Positions 18,099 to 27,448 of a stretch of DNA of 64,000 nt are shown in pieces. Position numbers and translations under genes: made by a program. The DNA is taken from assembly GCA_041641305.1 (NCBI GenBank), contig JBEPYN010000002.1, positions 352,001-416,000 on the forward strand, in the 5' to 3' direction. This DNA comes from Nitrososphaerota archaeon. GTDB lineage: Archaea; Thermoproteota; Nitrososphaeria_A; Caldarchaeales; Caldarchaeaceae. Positions within the stretch are counted from its first letter, which is position 1. Each line of letters opens with the position of its first letter. Below the pieces are notes generated by a model. The model was not told the origin of the DNA and did no database searches. It saw only the letters and a program-made list of their open reading frames with translations.

Positions 18099-18416
18099 TT
18101 ATATTTCCAGCGCCTCTCCGCCTTCTTCGGAAGCCGGGTTGAGTCTCTCTATTGCGTCTAGAACCTCTTCAAGCCTTTTATCTTCTAGTAGCCTTCTGAA
18201 CCTCTCCAGCTCATCACGTCTCCTCAGCATGAGGCCTCGTCTCTTAGTAGGCGCCCCGTCTTCTCCGACAGGGTTGACCTCGACCAGTAGTGAAGCAGAC
18301 CTGCCACGCGAGGCCGGAGCCTTCACCACGAATATTCCCGGAGAGCCTTTGACTGGGACACGCTGCCAGTCCTTACCTGTCTCAAGAAACCTCTCAAGCG
18401 CGTCCGTCATAGCCAT
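18099..18416 (-). CDS. Conserved-looking archaeal hypothetical protein
   Basis: FL..GKDW, G.FVVK.P, EVNP...G.P.KRRGL pattern recalled from archaeal hypotheticals; function unknown. Confidence 0.65.
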   Translation of the reverse strand: MAMTDALERFLETGKDWQRVPVKGSPGIFVVKAPASRGRSASLLVEVNPVGEDGAPTKRRGLMLRRRDELERFRRLLEDKRLEEVLDAIERLNPASEEGGEALEI

Positions 18417-18448
18417 GGCTTCAATGCTTCAAAGCAGGAGATAACCTT

Positions 18449-19069
18449 TCAAGGCCACCTGTTTTCGGCACGTATAGTTTGGAAGGCTACCGCGAGTATG
18501 ATGTATCCTGCGATTGAGATATACACGCCCACGAATACTAGGGCCAGCACCGCTCCCAAAAACAGTAACAGCCCGCTCGTCTTGAACGTTTTAATACCCA
18601 GTCTGTCGCCCACTATGTCGAGCGATTTCTTGAGGAGGAAAGCTGATGCAATGGTGAATATTGCGGATATCCCAATCACGGCTATGGCTCCGAATAGATA
18701 ATACGAAGGAAACGTGAACGCGTACGTGTAGGGGTCGGGGGAGCCCAGCACCGAGGCGTAGGCTGGAGGCCACGCCAGCATCAGCAGAACCACAGCAACC
18801 ATTCCAGCAACCGTAGCCGCGGCGCTGTATAGCGCAAACCTGTATATTTCGGGTTGTTTAACAGCCTCTGATATACGCTTCAACGCTATTACGACAGCTA
18901 TAATCCCAGCAGTTGTCAGCGGCCCTCCGATAGCAATCGTGACAATCGGTATGTAGGCCAGCAGCATGGAAAACAGCAGGCCGACTGTGGATATGATTGC
19001 TCCGGTTGAGCCAATCTTCCGAGCGTTAGCCAACATTGCCGCCTCCATACCACAGCAAATCATGCTCAC
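18449..19069 (-). CDS. DUF996-like integral membrane protein
   Basis: Several TM helices with an ALKRIS...IYR and F.T.GLL.F.GA pattern. Confidence 0.65.
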   Translation of the reverse strand: MSMICCGMEAAMLANARKIGSTGAIISTVGLLFSMLLAYIPIVTIAIGGPLTTAGIIAVVIALKRISEAVKQPEIYRFALYSAAATVAGMVAVVLLMLAWPPAYASVLGSPDPYTYAFTFPSYYLFGAIAVIGISAIFTIASAFLLKKSLDIVGDRLGIKTFKTSGLLLFLGAVLALVFVGVYISIAGYIILAVAFQTIRAENRWP

Positions 19070-19124
19070 GGATAAAATCGTTTAACGCGTTTATCAGCTT
19101 ATTTGCGCGCGTCGCGTAGAACAG

Positions 19125-21926
19125 TTGATGGGCAGGGCGCTGAGGCGTGGTCTCTATATCTCCTCAATCGTGTTGGCAGCTCTCTGGGCAGCGGCCACCG
19201 TGTACCCGGTGCAGCTCTCCATAGCCGAGGAATGGTACGAGGAGTGGGATAGGGGTATGGTCTATCTAACCGCTAACAGGCAACCGGTGTACGTCATGGC
19301 TGTGTACTCCGTCGACTTCACCGGCAACGGGACCTTAGCCTTCAACTGGACGGTAATCGACCCACGGCTCTATGCGGACGTTGTTACCCATATGTCGGGC
19401 ATCATACGGTTCATGGAGCCATACGAGCGTGTGCCAATGGTTGCGGACGAGGTTGTCCTCTTCCAGAGAAGGGGTGAAGTAGCACTATGGCTGCCGGGCG
19501 TGGTTGAGCCGTTTGACACAGGTCTTCTTCTCGGCCGGCCGGCGGTAGCAAACTCTACTCATCTATACTTCGCGGGCCCCACCAAGCTGTGCGAGGGCCT
19601 GTTCTCAGGTGAGCGGGTTCCGGTGTATTGTCGCCCGTATAGGGGCGGGAGGCTTTTCCACCTAGCCGTCAACGGCAGCGTACTCGGGCTCTCCATTGTA
19701 AACGGCTCCGCTTGGCTCGTCAAGATGGTTAAACGGGGTGAGACATGGCATACCATACCTGTTTACAGGCTCGGCGCCGGCATGGTTCCGACCTCGCTGT
19801 CCGCGGGCCATGGAGTGGTCGTCGCCTCAGCCTCCGCCGTAGAGTCTGGCAAAATATGGTCAACTATCCTGGTTGAGGCTGGTGGAAACGTTTCGGTGGT
19901 TAAGCGGCCTCTGGACATCAGGGATGCTAAGGTGATGCCCGAGGGATACGTGGCGTTGGCTTACACCAACGCTAGCGGCGGCTATGTCGAGGTGTTCGGC
20001 ACCGCCAGAGGATATAGGGCGGTTAAGCAGTTGGATATGAGGCCGTATTTTATCAAGCCGCTGGTGGGCGACCGCCTGCTGGTAGGCGGCTCATCCAGCA
20101 ACGGCGCAGCTCTTCAGATACTTAGGCTGGAGAAGCCTGTTAAGGTCTTCGAGGTTCTCCGCGACTACTACATTATTCTCACGGGGGCCGTGGTTGTGTT
20201 TGCCGTGGTTTCGTTGTCTCTTGTTTTGAGGTCGCGTTCAGAGCTTGCCGCCGTGGCTCTTATACCCGCTCTAATAAACATCGCTCCACCTGTGCAGCCT
20301 CAGAGCCAGTTCTCTATCGTGGAGGATTTGGACAGGGAGCTGAGGGGGCTGGAGGCTGTGCTCTCCGCCGCCGACTCCTTCATGGTGTCCACGTATCTGC
20401 TGAGAGCTCTGGACAGGTTGGGTGACGAGCCCCTCAAACTATACCTTAAGCTGCTGAGCTCGAGGGCCCGGGATGCGATTCTCGCGGGTAACGTGCTTGA
20501 GGCCGAGTACACTCTCTACACGGTCTCCAAGATGCTGGAATTATCCGGCGCGGACCGTAGGCTGTTGCTGGACAGCGTCAGGCGAGGGGCCTATGCTCTG
20601 GCGCTCATGCCGTATGTCACCGACGCCGAATTCGCCGAATACATGAACGAGGTTGAGAGAAGGTCGGCCGAGGTGGGCCGCATAGTCGAGGAGATGAGAG
20701 CCAGAGGCTTCGAGGTCCGGTTTGAGGTAAGGGTTGTCGGCGGCTCGCCGATTGTATTCCTGCTGGTGGTGAACATTGTCTACGCCGGGCTGGTTGCCTA
20801 CGGCGTTTACAGCTTTATCGCCGACGCCTTCATCGACAGGATAATCCAGTACGGGTATGCCCTTGCTGGGATAAGGCTGTCTCATGCCGAGTATGTTGGG
20901 ATGCTGGCGGCCGATACAGCGGTCGAGACCATGGAGGCATTAAGCGATGTGAAGGGTGTGACTTCCATGGTGCGCCGGCTCAACGACGAGAAGATTATGC
21001 AGACATGGTACAGGGTCATGGACGGCAGCCCTCTCAGAGAGCTGGAGAGGTTTGAGCAGATAGGGAGCCCGGTGGCTAGGAGGGAGCTGGCTGATAGGCT
21101 TAGGGAGTTCTGCGAAACACTGAGTCCTGAGATTAGGGGCAGTATCTGTGGCTTGTCGGGTTTTGCGTCTGACATGGAGCACTTCGTGGCAGAGGTTCTG
21201 GAGGAGGTTATGCATATCGATAAAAGGCGTCAGCGAGCGGTGTATGATGAATTCCGTGAAAAGGTTGTACAAGAGTTACTTGAATTTGCGAAAAACCTTG
21301 CCGCGGATGTTGTATTGAAGAGAACAGGCCTCGCCCGGATGCATGCTCTCATGCATAACCCCGTTCTAAGCGAGATGGGTTACCTTGTCGAGGAGCTTGG
21401 GTCGCCGTTGGATTTCTTCAGACAGAAGCTGTACCTGATGCTGTTCCTCAGAAACTTCATGGCGTATCTCAGGGGAGAGGTGGAGCAGCAGCCGCTTATA
21501 CCTGTGGTTTTCACTGTCACGGCTCTTGAGAACAAGCATGGCTGCAGGTTTGGCGATATGATGACGTATCTGCTTCCCCCGGTCTATGTTAGCGGCACGG
21601 AGGAGGTTGAGGTGGATGCCGGCGTCAGGGTGAGGTATGTATCGCTTCACGGCACCTATGTCGTCAGGGTAGAGGACACGATGAAGTGCTCTAGCGGGCA
21701 TGAGGACGAGCCTGACTACGACGACCTGATACTGCACATTGTCCCCCAAGGGGTCAACGAGTATGAGGTGGCGACGGCGTATGCGGAGCGGGTGTGGGAG
21801 ATGACCGCCGCCATAGGGCCGTTTGGGCGCAACATAACCCTCACCAACAATGACCTGCTGCTCAAGATACATGAGCCTGCTAAGGTGTTTACCTATCCAA
21901 AGCTCTACGGGGAGGTGGTGAGGTGA
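19125..21926 (+). CDS. Large multi-domain membrane protein (933 aa)
   Basis: Signal peptide, beta-rich ectodomain, internal TM helices, helical region. Confidence 0.8.
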   Translation: MMGRALRRGLYISSIVLAALWAAATVYPVQLSIAEEWYEEWDRGMVYLTANRQPVYVMAVYSVDFTGNGTLAFNWTVIDPRLYADVVTHMSGIIRFMEPYERVPMVADEVVLFQRRGEVALWLPGVVEPFDTGLLLGRPAVANSTHLYFAGPTKLCEGLFSGERVPVYCRPYRGGRLFHLAVNGSVLGLSIVNGSAWLVKMVKRGETWHTIPVYRLGAGMVPTSLSAGHGVVVASASAVESGKIWSTILVEAGGNVSVVKRPLDIRDAKVMPEGYVALAYTNASGGYVEVFGTARGYRAVKQLDMRPYFIKPLVGDRLLVGGSSSNGAALQILRLEKPVKVFEVLRDYYIILTGAVVVFAVVSLSLVLRSRSELAAVALIPALINIAPPVQPQSQFSIVEDLDRELRGLEAVLSAADSFMVSTYLLRALDRLGDEPLKLYLKLLSSRARDAILAGNVLEAEYTLYTVSKMLELSGADRRLLLDSVRRGAYALALMPYVTDAEFAEYMNEVERRSAEVGRIVEEMRARGFEVRFEVRVVGGSPIVFLLVVNIVYAGLVAYGVYSFIADAFIDRIIQYGYALAGIRLSHAEYVGMLAADTAVETMEALSDVKGVTSMVRRLNDEKIMQTWYRVMDGSPLRELERFEQIGSPVARRELADRLREFCETLSPEIRGSICGLSGFASDMEHFVAEVLEEVMHIDKRRQRAVYDEFREKVVQELLEFAKNLAADVVLKRTGLARMHALMHNPVLSEMGYLVEELGSPLDFFRQKLYLMLFLRNFMAYLRGEVEQQPLIPVVFTVTALENKHGCRFGDMMTYLLPPVYVSGTEEVEVDAGVRVRYVSLHGTYVVRVEDTMKCSSGHEDEPDYDDLILHIVPQGVNEYEVATAYAERVWEMTAAIGPFGRNITLTNNDLLLKIHEPAKVFTYPKLYGEVVR

Positions 21927-21927
21927 T

Positions 21928-22953
21928 ATGAACCTTCTCGGGCTTAAGCTCAAGATGTATCTGGTGTTCTCCCTGATTATGGCTTACATAGCCTTCGGAC
22001 TTGGTGTACACTATGCGGTTGTATGGTTTCTCTCCAGCATAGAGGGGCTTGAGCTCTTGGTGACGATATACAATATCCTCATCATGGTCATGGTGGCTGC
22101 ATTCTTTATGCCTTGGCTGTTCTCTGAAGGGCTGTTCACCAAGGTGCTGTACGCTGACATTGGTCAGGTTTACCACGCTAAGCTTATCCTTGCGGTTATG
22201 AAGGTGTCGAATTTATTCGGCATGGATACGCCTAAGGTGGCTTATTCGCGGAAGCTTATCCCCAACGCGTTCGCCTTCCATGGATTGGGAGGGCCTGTTG
22301 TAGGGGCTACTGATGCCCTCGTGAGAACGCTTCCAGATGATGAGCTGGAGGCGGTGATGGCTCATGAGCTGGCGCATATCAAGAACCGTGACGCGTTATT
22401 TGTGACATCGATAGGTTTGGGTCTGGCCGCTGTTTACACGATTAGCTACCGCGTTATACCTGCTCTGGGAGGCAGGCGGGCCAAGTCGCTGGCGCTGCTC
22501 CTTATGCCGAGCTGGTTCATAGGCCTTGTCGGGATTCCCGTTAGGATGCTTTTCTTCTACTTTAGCAGGCTCAGGGAAGAATACGCGGATGCGGTGGCTG
22601 CTCTGACCCTGCCCGATGGGGCTGACAAGCTTCAGCGGGCGCTCTCCCGCATATACCTGCTCAACCAGAGGCTGGAAAATGCTCCACTTGTTTCAGACCG
22701 TTCTTTCCTGAACGAGTTTTACAAGGAGCTTACGGTCTTTTTGACGCTGGAGAGCTCTGTACCACTCTCTGACGACCCAATGAGAATCATTTTCCACATA
22801 CCTGATGAGGAGGTTCAGCGTGCGGTGGAAAATCTGAAGATGTATAAGCCAAGCATCTGGGAGAGGATTAAGCCGAAGCGCACCCATCCACATATATCGG
22901 ATAGGATAAGGAAGCTGGAAAAACTCAAGCTTCGGCAAGCCCCTCTCCCATGA
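21928..22953 (+). CDS. htpX: HtpX-like M48 membrane zinc protease
   Basis: PNAFA, ELEAVMAHELAHI, SRLREEYAD, THP...RI motifs. Confidence 0.88.
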   Translation: MNLLGLKLKMYLVFSLIMAYIAFGLGVHYAVVWFLSSIEGLELLVTIYNILIMVMVAAFFMPWLFSEGLFTKVLYADIGQVYHAKLILAVMKVSNLFGMDTPKVAYSRKLIPNAFAFHGLGGPVVGATDALVRTLPDDELEAVMAHELAHIKNRDALFVTSIGLGLAAVYTISYRVIPALGGRRAKSLALLLMPSWFIGLVGIPVRMLFFYFSRLREEYADAVAALTLPDGADKLQRALSRIYLLNQRLENAPLVSDRSFLNEFYKELTVFLTLESSVPLSDDPMRIIFHIPDEEVQRAVENLKMYKPSIWERIKPKRTHPHISDRIRKLEKLKLRQAPLP

Positions 22954-23142
22954 GAACATCGCATTCTCAATACTGGCTATTGTGGAGTGTAAGGACCTCG
23001 CTCACATTACCGTGAATTAATGACATGGATTAAAGAGTATGAGGCCATCCTCCGACCTCTGCTAAACATGTCTCTGAGTTGCAGCGTTACAGAAGTGGTA
23101 AACGTTTTACTACAACCTTCTACACATAGTATGTGAAGAGCT

Positions 23143-23289
23143 GTGGCGGGCAAGAAGGCTGCTAAGAAGATGGGGTCGAAGCCGGCGAAGAAGAAGGTGA
23201 AGGCTAAGAGAAAGGCTAAACCTAAACCCGCTCCGCCAGCTCCCTCCGAGAAGCGGGCGGAGTCTGCTGCTGAAGCGCCGGCGATGTAG
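23143..23289 (+). CDS. 48-aa Lys/Ala/Pro-rich histone H1-tail-like protein not in the ORF track
   Basis: Manual translation MAGKKAAKKMGSKPAKKKVKAKRKAKPKPAPPAPSEKRAESAAEAPAM; T-rich run after the stop. Confidence 0.55.
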   Translation: MAGKKAAKKMGSKPAKKKVKAKRKAKPKPAPPAPSEKRAESAAEAPAM

Positions 23290-23836
23290 CCCCAACCCCA
23301 CCCTCATTATTTTTTACATGTATCCCGAGCTTCTCTCTCATTATCTTGGACTTTCGGCATACAGCTACTGTTGAGAAACCGGATGCTCTGGTCACCTCGG
23401 TCAAGGAGCAGCTTGGTGCGGCTGCAATATACAGGGCCGCGGTGGCGGCGATGTATGTGTGTTCTCCATATCTATGCAGGATGCTCGCTGCCTCGTCTAC
23501 GTAGGTCTCTAGACCAAGCTTGGTGGCTAGCATCCTTAGGAAGAGTTGTGCTGACTGTCTCTGGTCAGCCACGGTGCTGTAGCCAAGTGCCTCCGACACC
23601 TTTCTCAGCGTCTTCAGGAAGCCCCTCTTCCTCTGGAGTATTTCCTTTAGCTGGATAGGGTACTGGTTATGTTTGCAGACAATGTAGAGAACCGCGGCCA
23701 CTAGGGTCTCCCCATTCCTTCCCTGCGACAAACCCATTCTCCTGAGCCTTTCCAGCATCTGTCTAGCCAAGTCTACGAGGTGGCTGGGTAACGAGAGGGT
23801 CTCGGCGTAGCTTGTCAGCAGCTCGTCGAGCCTCAT
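23222..23836 (-). CDS. Transcription factor B core homologue (two cyclin folds, no Zn ribbon or B-reader)
   Basis: L.LP....A, QGRNGETLVAAVLYIVCK...PI.LKEI, second repeat AALYIAA and HTH-like SLTEVTRASGFSTVAV. Confidence 0.8.
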   Translation of the reverse strand: MRLDELLTSYAETLSLPSHLVDLARQMLERLRRMGLSQGRNGETLVAAVLYIVCKHNQYPIQLKEILQRKRGFLKTLRKVSEALGYSTVADQRQSAQLFLRMLATKLGLETYVDEAASILHRYGEHTYIAATAALYIAAAPSCSLTEVTRASGFSTVAVCRKSKIMREKLGIHVKNNEGGVGATSPALQQQTPPASRRELAERV

Positions 23837-24016
23837 CCAGTCTTTTTAAACACCTCATGGATAAAAGCTGATGTGGATGCCATCCATAAAACTTGAAATC
23901 ATGTTATCTAACGCCGGTTTCATGGATGGATATGTGGATAATGAGGGGGTGAAGGTGGTTAGTGGAATCGAAGCAGATGATTCGGTTTAAACTCTCTGGT
24001 CTAAACCATTTTTAGC

Positions 24017-24702
24017 ATGTGGGAAAACATTTTGACTGGGATGGTTAAACCATACGCTAAGCTTTACATTCCTGCTTGGATGGCTGTCTATGATAGGCTT
24101 AGACGTGCTAAGGGTAGGCCTTTTAAGACGACTTTGCTGTCGGAGGAGCTGGGGATACCTAGGACGTCGGTGAATCAGGCGCTTCTAGCGCTCCGTGTTA
24201 AAGGGCTCGCCCGCAAGACATCCAATGGCTATGTTTACGATGTCTTCCAAACCGAGCCTGTGAGCAACGGGGGAATTCCATGTTATTCATGTGGCTCTAA
24301 AAGCTATAGGACGGTCTCCGTCACCGTGGCAGGCTCTGAGAAGCTTCTCTGTCTTAATGTCTCTCCCATATCGTTGAACTAGCTCTGAGAATCGCAGGCC
24401 GGCTCAAGAACCTTGAAGGCGGAGACATCCAGAGGCATACAAAGCGGGAAAAGGCTGCGATATATGGCAGGTTTGTAGGGCGTCTCATCTCCTTGGTTGG
24501 GCGTCGGGGTAGGGTTTGCGCCACCTCCCTTGGTCTTCGTCATGGGCTGTCGAAGAGAGAGGTTAGGAGAGTATTGGATAAGATGGCTCCAAAAATGGGC
24601 TGGGTTATTGAGCGGAGGTCTGGCCATCTCTATGTGAGGCCCGGGGAATCTCTTAGGGAGCCGGAGCAGGTTATCGCATCGACTATAAATGGTCAGGGAT
24701 AG
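24017..24702 (+). pseudogene. wHTH - zinc ribbon - HTH protein split by a 1-nt frameshift near 24357
   Basis: ORF 24017-24382 ends ..LLCLN; the -1 frame from 24358 reads CLSHIVELAL... open to 24702 and restores a second CxxC. Confidence 0.65.
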
Positions 24703-26177
24703 CTCCCCCATCTTGTTAAAAGGTCTTTGCCGACACTTGCCACATCCGCTTCTTTATCCACTACGCAGATAACAGGCCTCTGTATCTTGAGCGCGTGTCC
24801 CTTGTATATGCAGTATCCTCTGGGCAGTAGCCTTGCGGAGTAGGCTATATCGCTTCCCACTATGCTCCTAAGCCTCTCAAGGTCCACGTCCTCAACCCTG
24901 AAGGCGAATATGTTCTGGCCCATCTGTGTTGATATGAATTTGTCCACTTCCGAGAGTCTCTGCGTGGCTATGAAGAGTGGCATGCCGTTTCTGGGGCCTG
25001 TTGTCGCTATCAGCTTCATGACCGGTATCATCATGTCGTATGCTTCTCTGCTTGCCGCGCCTTCATGTGGTGATTGTGGGGCGAAGTTATGGACCTCGTC
25101 TATGAAGACGGCGACTCCGAATGTCGGGTCTGTTCTTGCCTTGGCGTAGCAGGCATCCAGCATCTCTCTGCTCTTGTTGATTATCTCGTCCCAGTTCGAG
25201 GCGTCTGAGAAATCTGCGTGAACCAACGCGTTGGACCTTACCGCTTCGACGATATCTAATCCATTCTCCTCCGGAGCGTGTTGGAAGATGTTTCTCCCCA
25301 AGTCTTCGAGGCGTTTCTTCACATCCTCTGATTCAACCATGGACAGTATGGTGTCGAGGCCTTGCTGAGACCATTCTATCGAGCTGACCCCCATCTCCTC
25401 CAGCTTTTTGGCTATGGCGTATAGCGTTCTCGCCTCTCTCGCGTTTCCCGAAAGACCTGCGAGGGCTCTGAAGCTGCTGTACCAGTTTACCGGGCTCATG
25501 TTTTTCTCCTTCCGCGCAAGTTTAGTGGATGCGGTTACCTTCATGTAGCCTCCATGTTCCTGCGCTGTTTTCTCTAAGACATCGCTTCTAAACTCTCCAT
25601 CCCAGTCTATCAAGAGTATGTGGGGGTTTCTAACGTTTTTCAGTATTTTCAGCATCATTGACATGAGGAGCGTGCTTTTCCCTGTCCCAACTCCTCCAAC
25701 GACCAGAGCACCCTGCCTAAACAGTGTCTTGAGGCTGAGGTTTAGCCTGACATCGGTTGGGTAAATTGTTCCCAGCGATATGCTGGGGCCCTCTGGGCTG
25801 ATGAATGAGGCTAAAGCCTCTGGGCTAGGTCTATAGACTGGTGTGAGAGGCGGTATCGGTGTGAGCAGGGACTTGACGATACCATTCTCCTCGTATCCGA
25901 CCTGCCAGCAGACAGCTTTTCCCACTATCTTTTCGGGGTCTTGCACAGCGTCTCCGTCTCTCAGCATCTTCTCATCGTAGCTGGAGCTAGGCCTCTTCAT
26001 GAAGGCTGCTTCGACCTGTATGAAGACGGGCTTGTCCTCGGTCGGATGCTTTATGCAGAGGTACTCTCCTCTATGTACCGATTTGTTAGCCAATAGTGTT
26101 ATCTCTGCTCTGTCTGAGCCGTAGCTCCCCTCCGTCGAGTGGACGTAGCCGACTATTTCTCTGAAGATGTTTACCAT
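24693..26177 (-). CDS. herA: HerA-family ATPase/translocase
   Basis: N-terminal HAS-barrel-like region, GGVGTGKS, IDWDGEF, IDEVHNFAP, ATQR motifs; adjacent to nurA. Confidence 0.88.
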   Translation of the reverse strand: MVNIFREIVGYVHSTEGSYGSDRAEITLLANKSVHRGEYLCIKHPTEDKPVFIQVEAAFMKRPSSSYDEKMLRDGDAVQDPEKIVGKAVCWQVGYEENGIVKSLLTPIPPLTPVYRPSPEALASFISPEGPSISLGTIYPTDVRLNLSLKTLFRQGALVVGGVGTGKSTLLMSMMLKILKNVRNPHILLIDWDGEFRSDVLEKTAQEHGGYMKVTASTKLARKEKNMSPVNWYSSFRALAGLSGNAREARTLYAIAKKLEEMGVSSIEWSQQGLDTILSMVESEDVKKRLEDLGRNIFQHAPEENGLDIVEAVRSNALVHADFSDASNWDEIINKSREMLDACYAKARTDPTFGVAVFIDEVHNFAPQSPHEGAASREAYDMMIPVMKLIATTGPRNGMPLFIATQRLSEVDKFISTQMGQNIFAFRVEDVDLERLRSIVGSDIAYSARLLPRGYCIYKGHALKIQRPVICVVDKEADVASVGKDLLTRWGSYP

Positions 26178-27112
26178 ATCTTCTCACCCCATCTCGGGAC
26201 AAGCGGGGCCCATAGCTTACGTGGAACATTCGACAAAACTCTATGGATGCATGACTTGTATAGGTCTGTGACCAGTCTTCTGCTTATCTTGACCTCTTCG
26301 TCGGCCTTCATGATTAGGGCGGGTGGTCCATGCACGGGGTCCGAACTGTATGTGATGTACTCCAGTATCTCTAGGGCTCGGCTATCATCGATGTATGGTG
26401 GTGTATCTATTCGGAAGACCCCGGCCTCCGGCTCGTTCAATAACTTGATGTAGGTGTATTTCGCATCTGTTTTCTCGGTCGGCGGTGTGGCGGGAGGCCA
26501 TGGACAGGCTTCATTCTTCTCGAGGGTGGCTGAGAGAAGCGACCTATCTGTCCCAAGCGTCGAGAGATACCTGCTCTGCGGCCTCTTCACAAACCCAGCC
26601 ACCATGACATCTCTCTCTTTACAGAGCTCTATCAGTGACTTGAGCTGGTAAACATATTCTCCGACATATTTTGGTCGGGGAATCAAAGGCCCATCCACGA
26701 TAAGCAAATCTGGTTTATTCTCCTCCACAACCTTTTGCGCCAGCATCAGCAGCATAGTCTCTCTTTCTATGTCAAGCCTGTCGCTAAACTCGCCATCATC
26801 TTCTCCATATTCTTGGATGAGGAGCTTAGGCTCCATTATTCTGCGCCTGTGTTCATCATCATGTATGACTGCAAGTGCTGCCGCGAAGCCCACGTTGACG
26901 TCTGCGAATGGGAGGATGCTGCTGCCCCCGTCCACGGCCGCAACCCTCCAGTTCTTGCGGGATGGGGAGATGATTATTCTACGCGGTGGAGTAAACATGC
27001 TGACGGCGCTGGCGAATTTTTCAGCCTCTGTATCCATGAAATGTGTAAGCCTGTCCTCAAGCCTCCTGATAAGCTGGCTGTAGGTTTTTACCTCTTCCTC
27101 TTCCTGAGCCAA
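26171..27112 (-). CDS. nurA: NurA-family nuclease
   Basis: AAVDGGS, IVDGPL, GFVKRP, P..L.KAD motifs; GGCC-type promoter at about 27139-27156. Confidence 0.85.
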   Translation of the reverse strand: MAQEEEEVKTYSQLIRRLEDRLTHFMDTEAEKFASAVSMFTPPRRIIISPSRKNWRVAAVDGGSSILPFADVNVGFAAALAVIHDDEHRRRIMEPKLLIQEYGEDDGEFSDRLDIERETMLLMLAQKVVEENKPDLLIVDGPLIPRPKYVGEYVYQLKSLIELCKERDVMVAGFVKRPQSRYLSTLGTDRSLLSATLEKNEACPWPPATPPTEKTDAKYTYIKLLNEPEAGVFRIDTPPYIDDSRALEILEYITYSSDPVHGPPALIMKADEEVKISRRLVTDLYKSCIHRVLSNVPRKLWAPLVPRWGEKIW

Positions 27113-27191
27113 ACCAATTTAGTAATCTGAGTTGAGGGCTTTAAACTCTCGAGGCCTAGAAAACCTTATTGAAGGAGGCATGTAGAATGCT

Positions 27192-27398
27192 CTAAACCGC
27201 TTCAACCCCCTTTTCTATGGGTTCCGCATCATCCGGCTTAACAAGTATAACGTTCACGTCTTTCTTCTTTTTCTTTGGTTTGCTTCTCATGGTGACGCCG
27301 CATTCTGGACATCTATGGGCGTCGGTCTTCCGGTAAACCATGCATCTACTACAGTATCTGTAGCTGAACACAGCTCTTTTCCAGCCATTCCGTAACAC
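27192..27398 (-). CDS. Small C4 zinc-finger protein, family copy 4
   Basis: YRYCSRC...RCPECG.TMRSKP. Confidence 0.72.
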   Translation of the reverse strand: MLRNGWKRAVFSYRYCSRCMVYRKTDAHRCPECGVTMRSKPKKKKKDVNVILVKPDDAEPIEKGVEAV

Positions 27399-27448
27399 GT
27401 TTTAGGAGAATCTCTGGGTTTTCTGTTGGGAAACCCTTTGATAATAGT

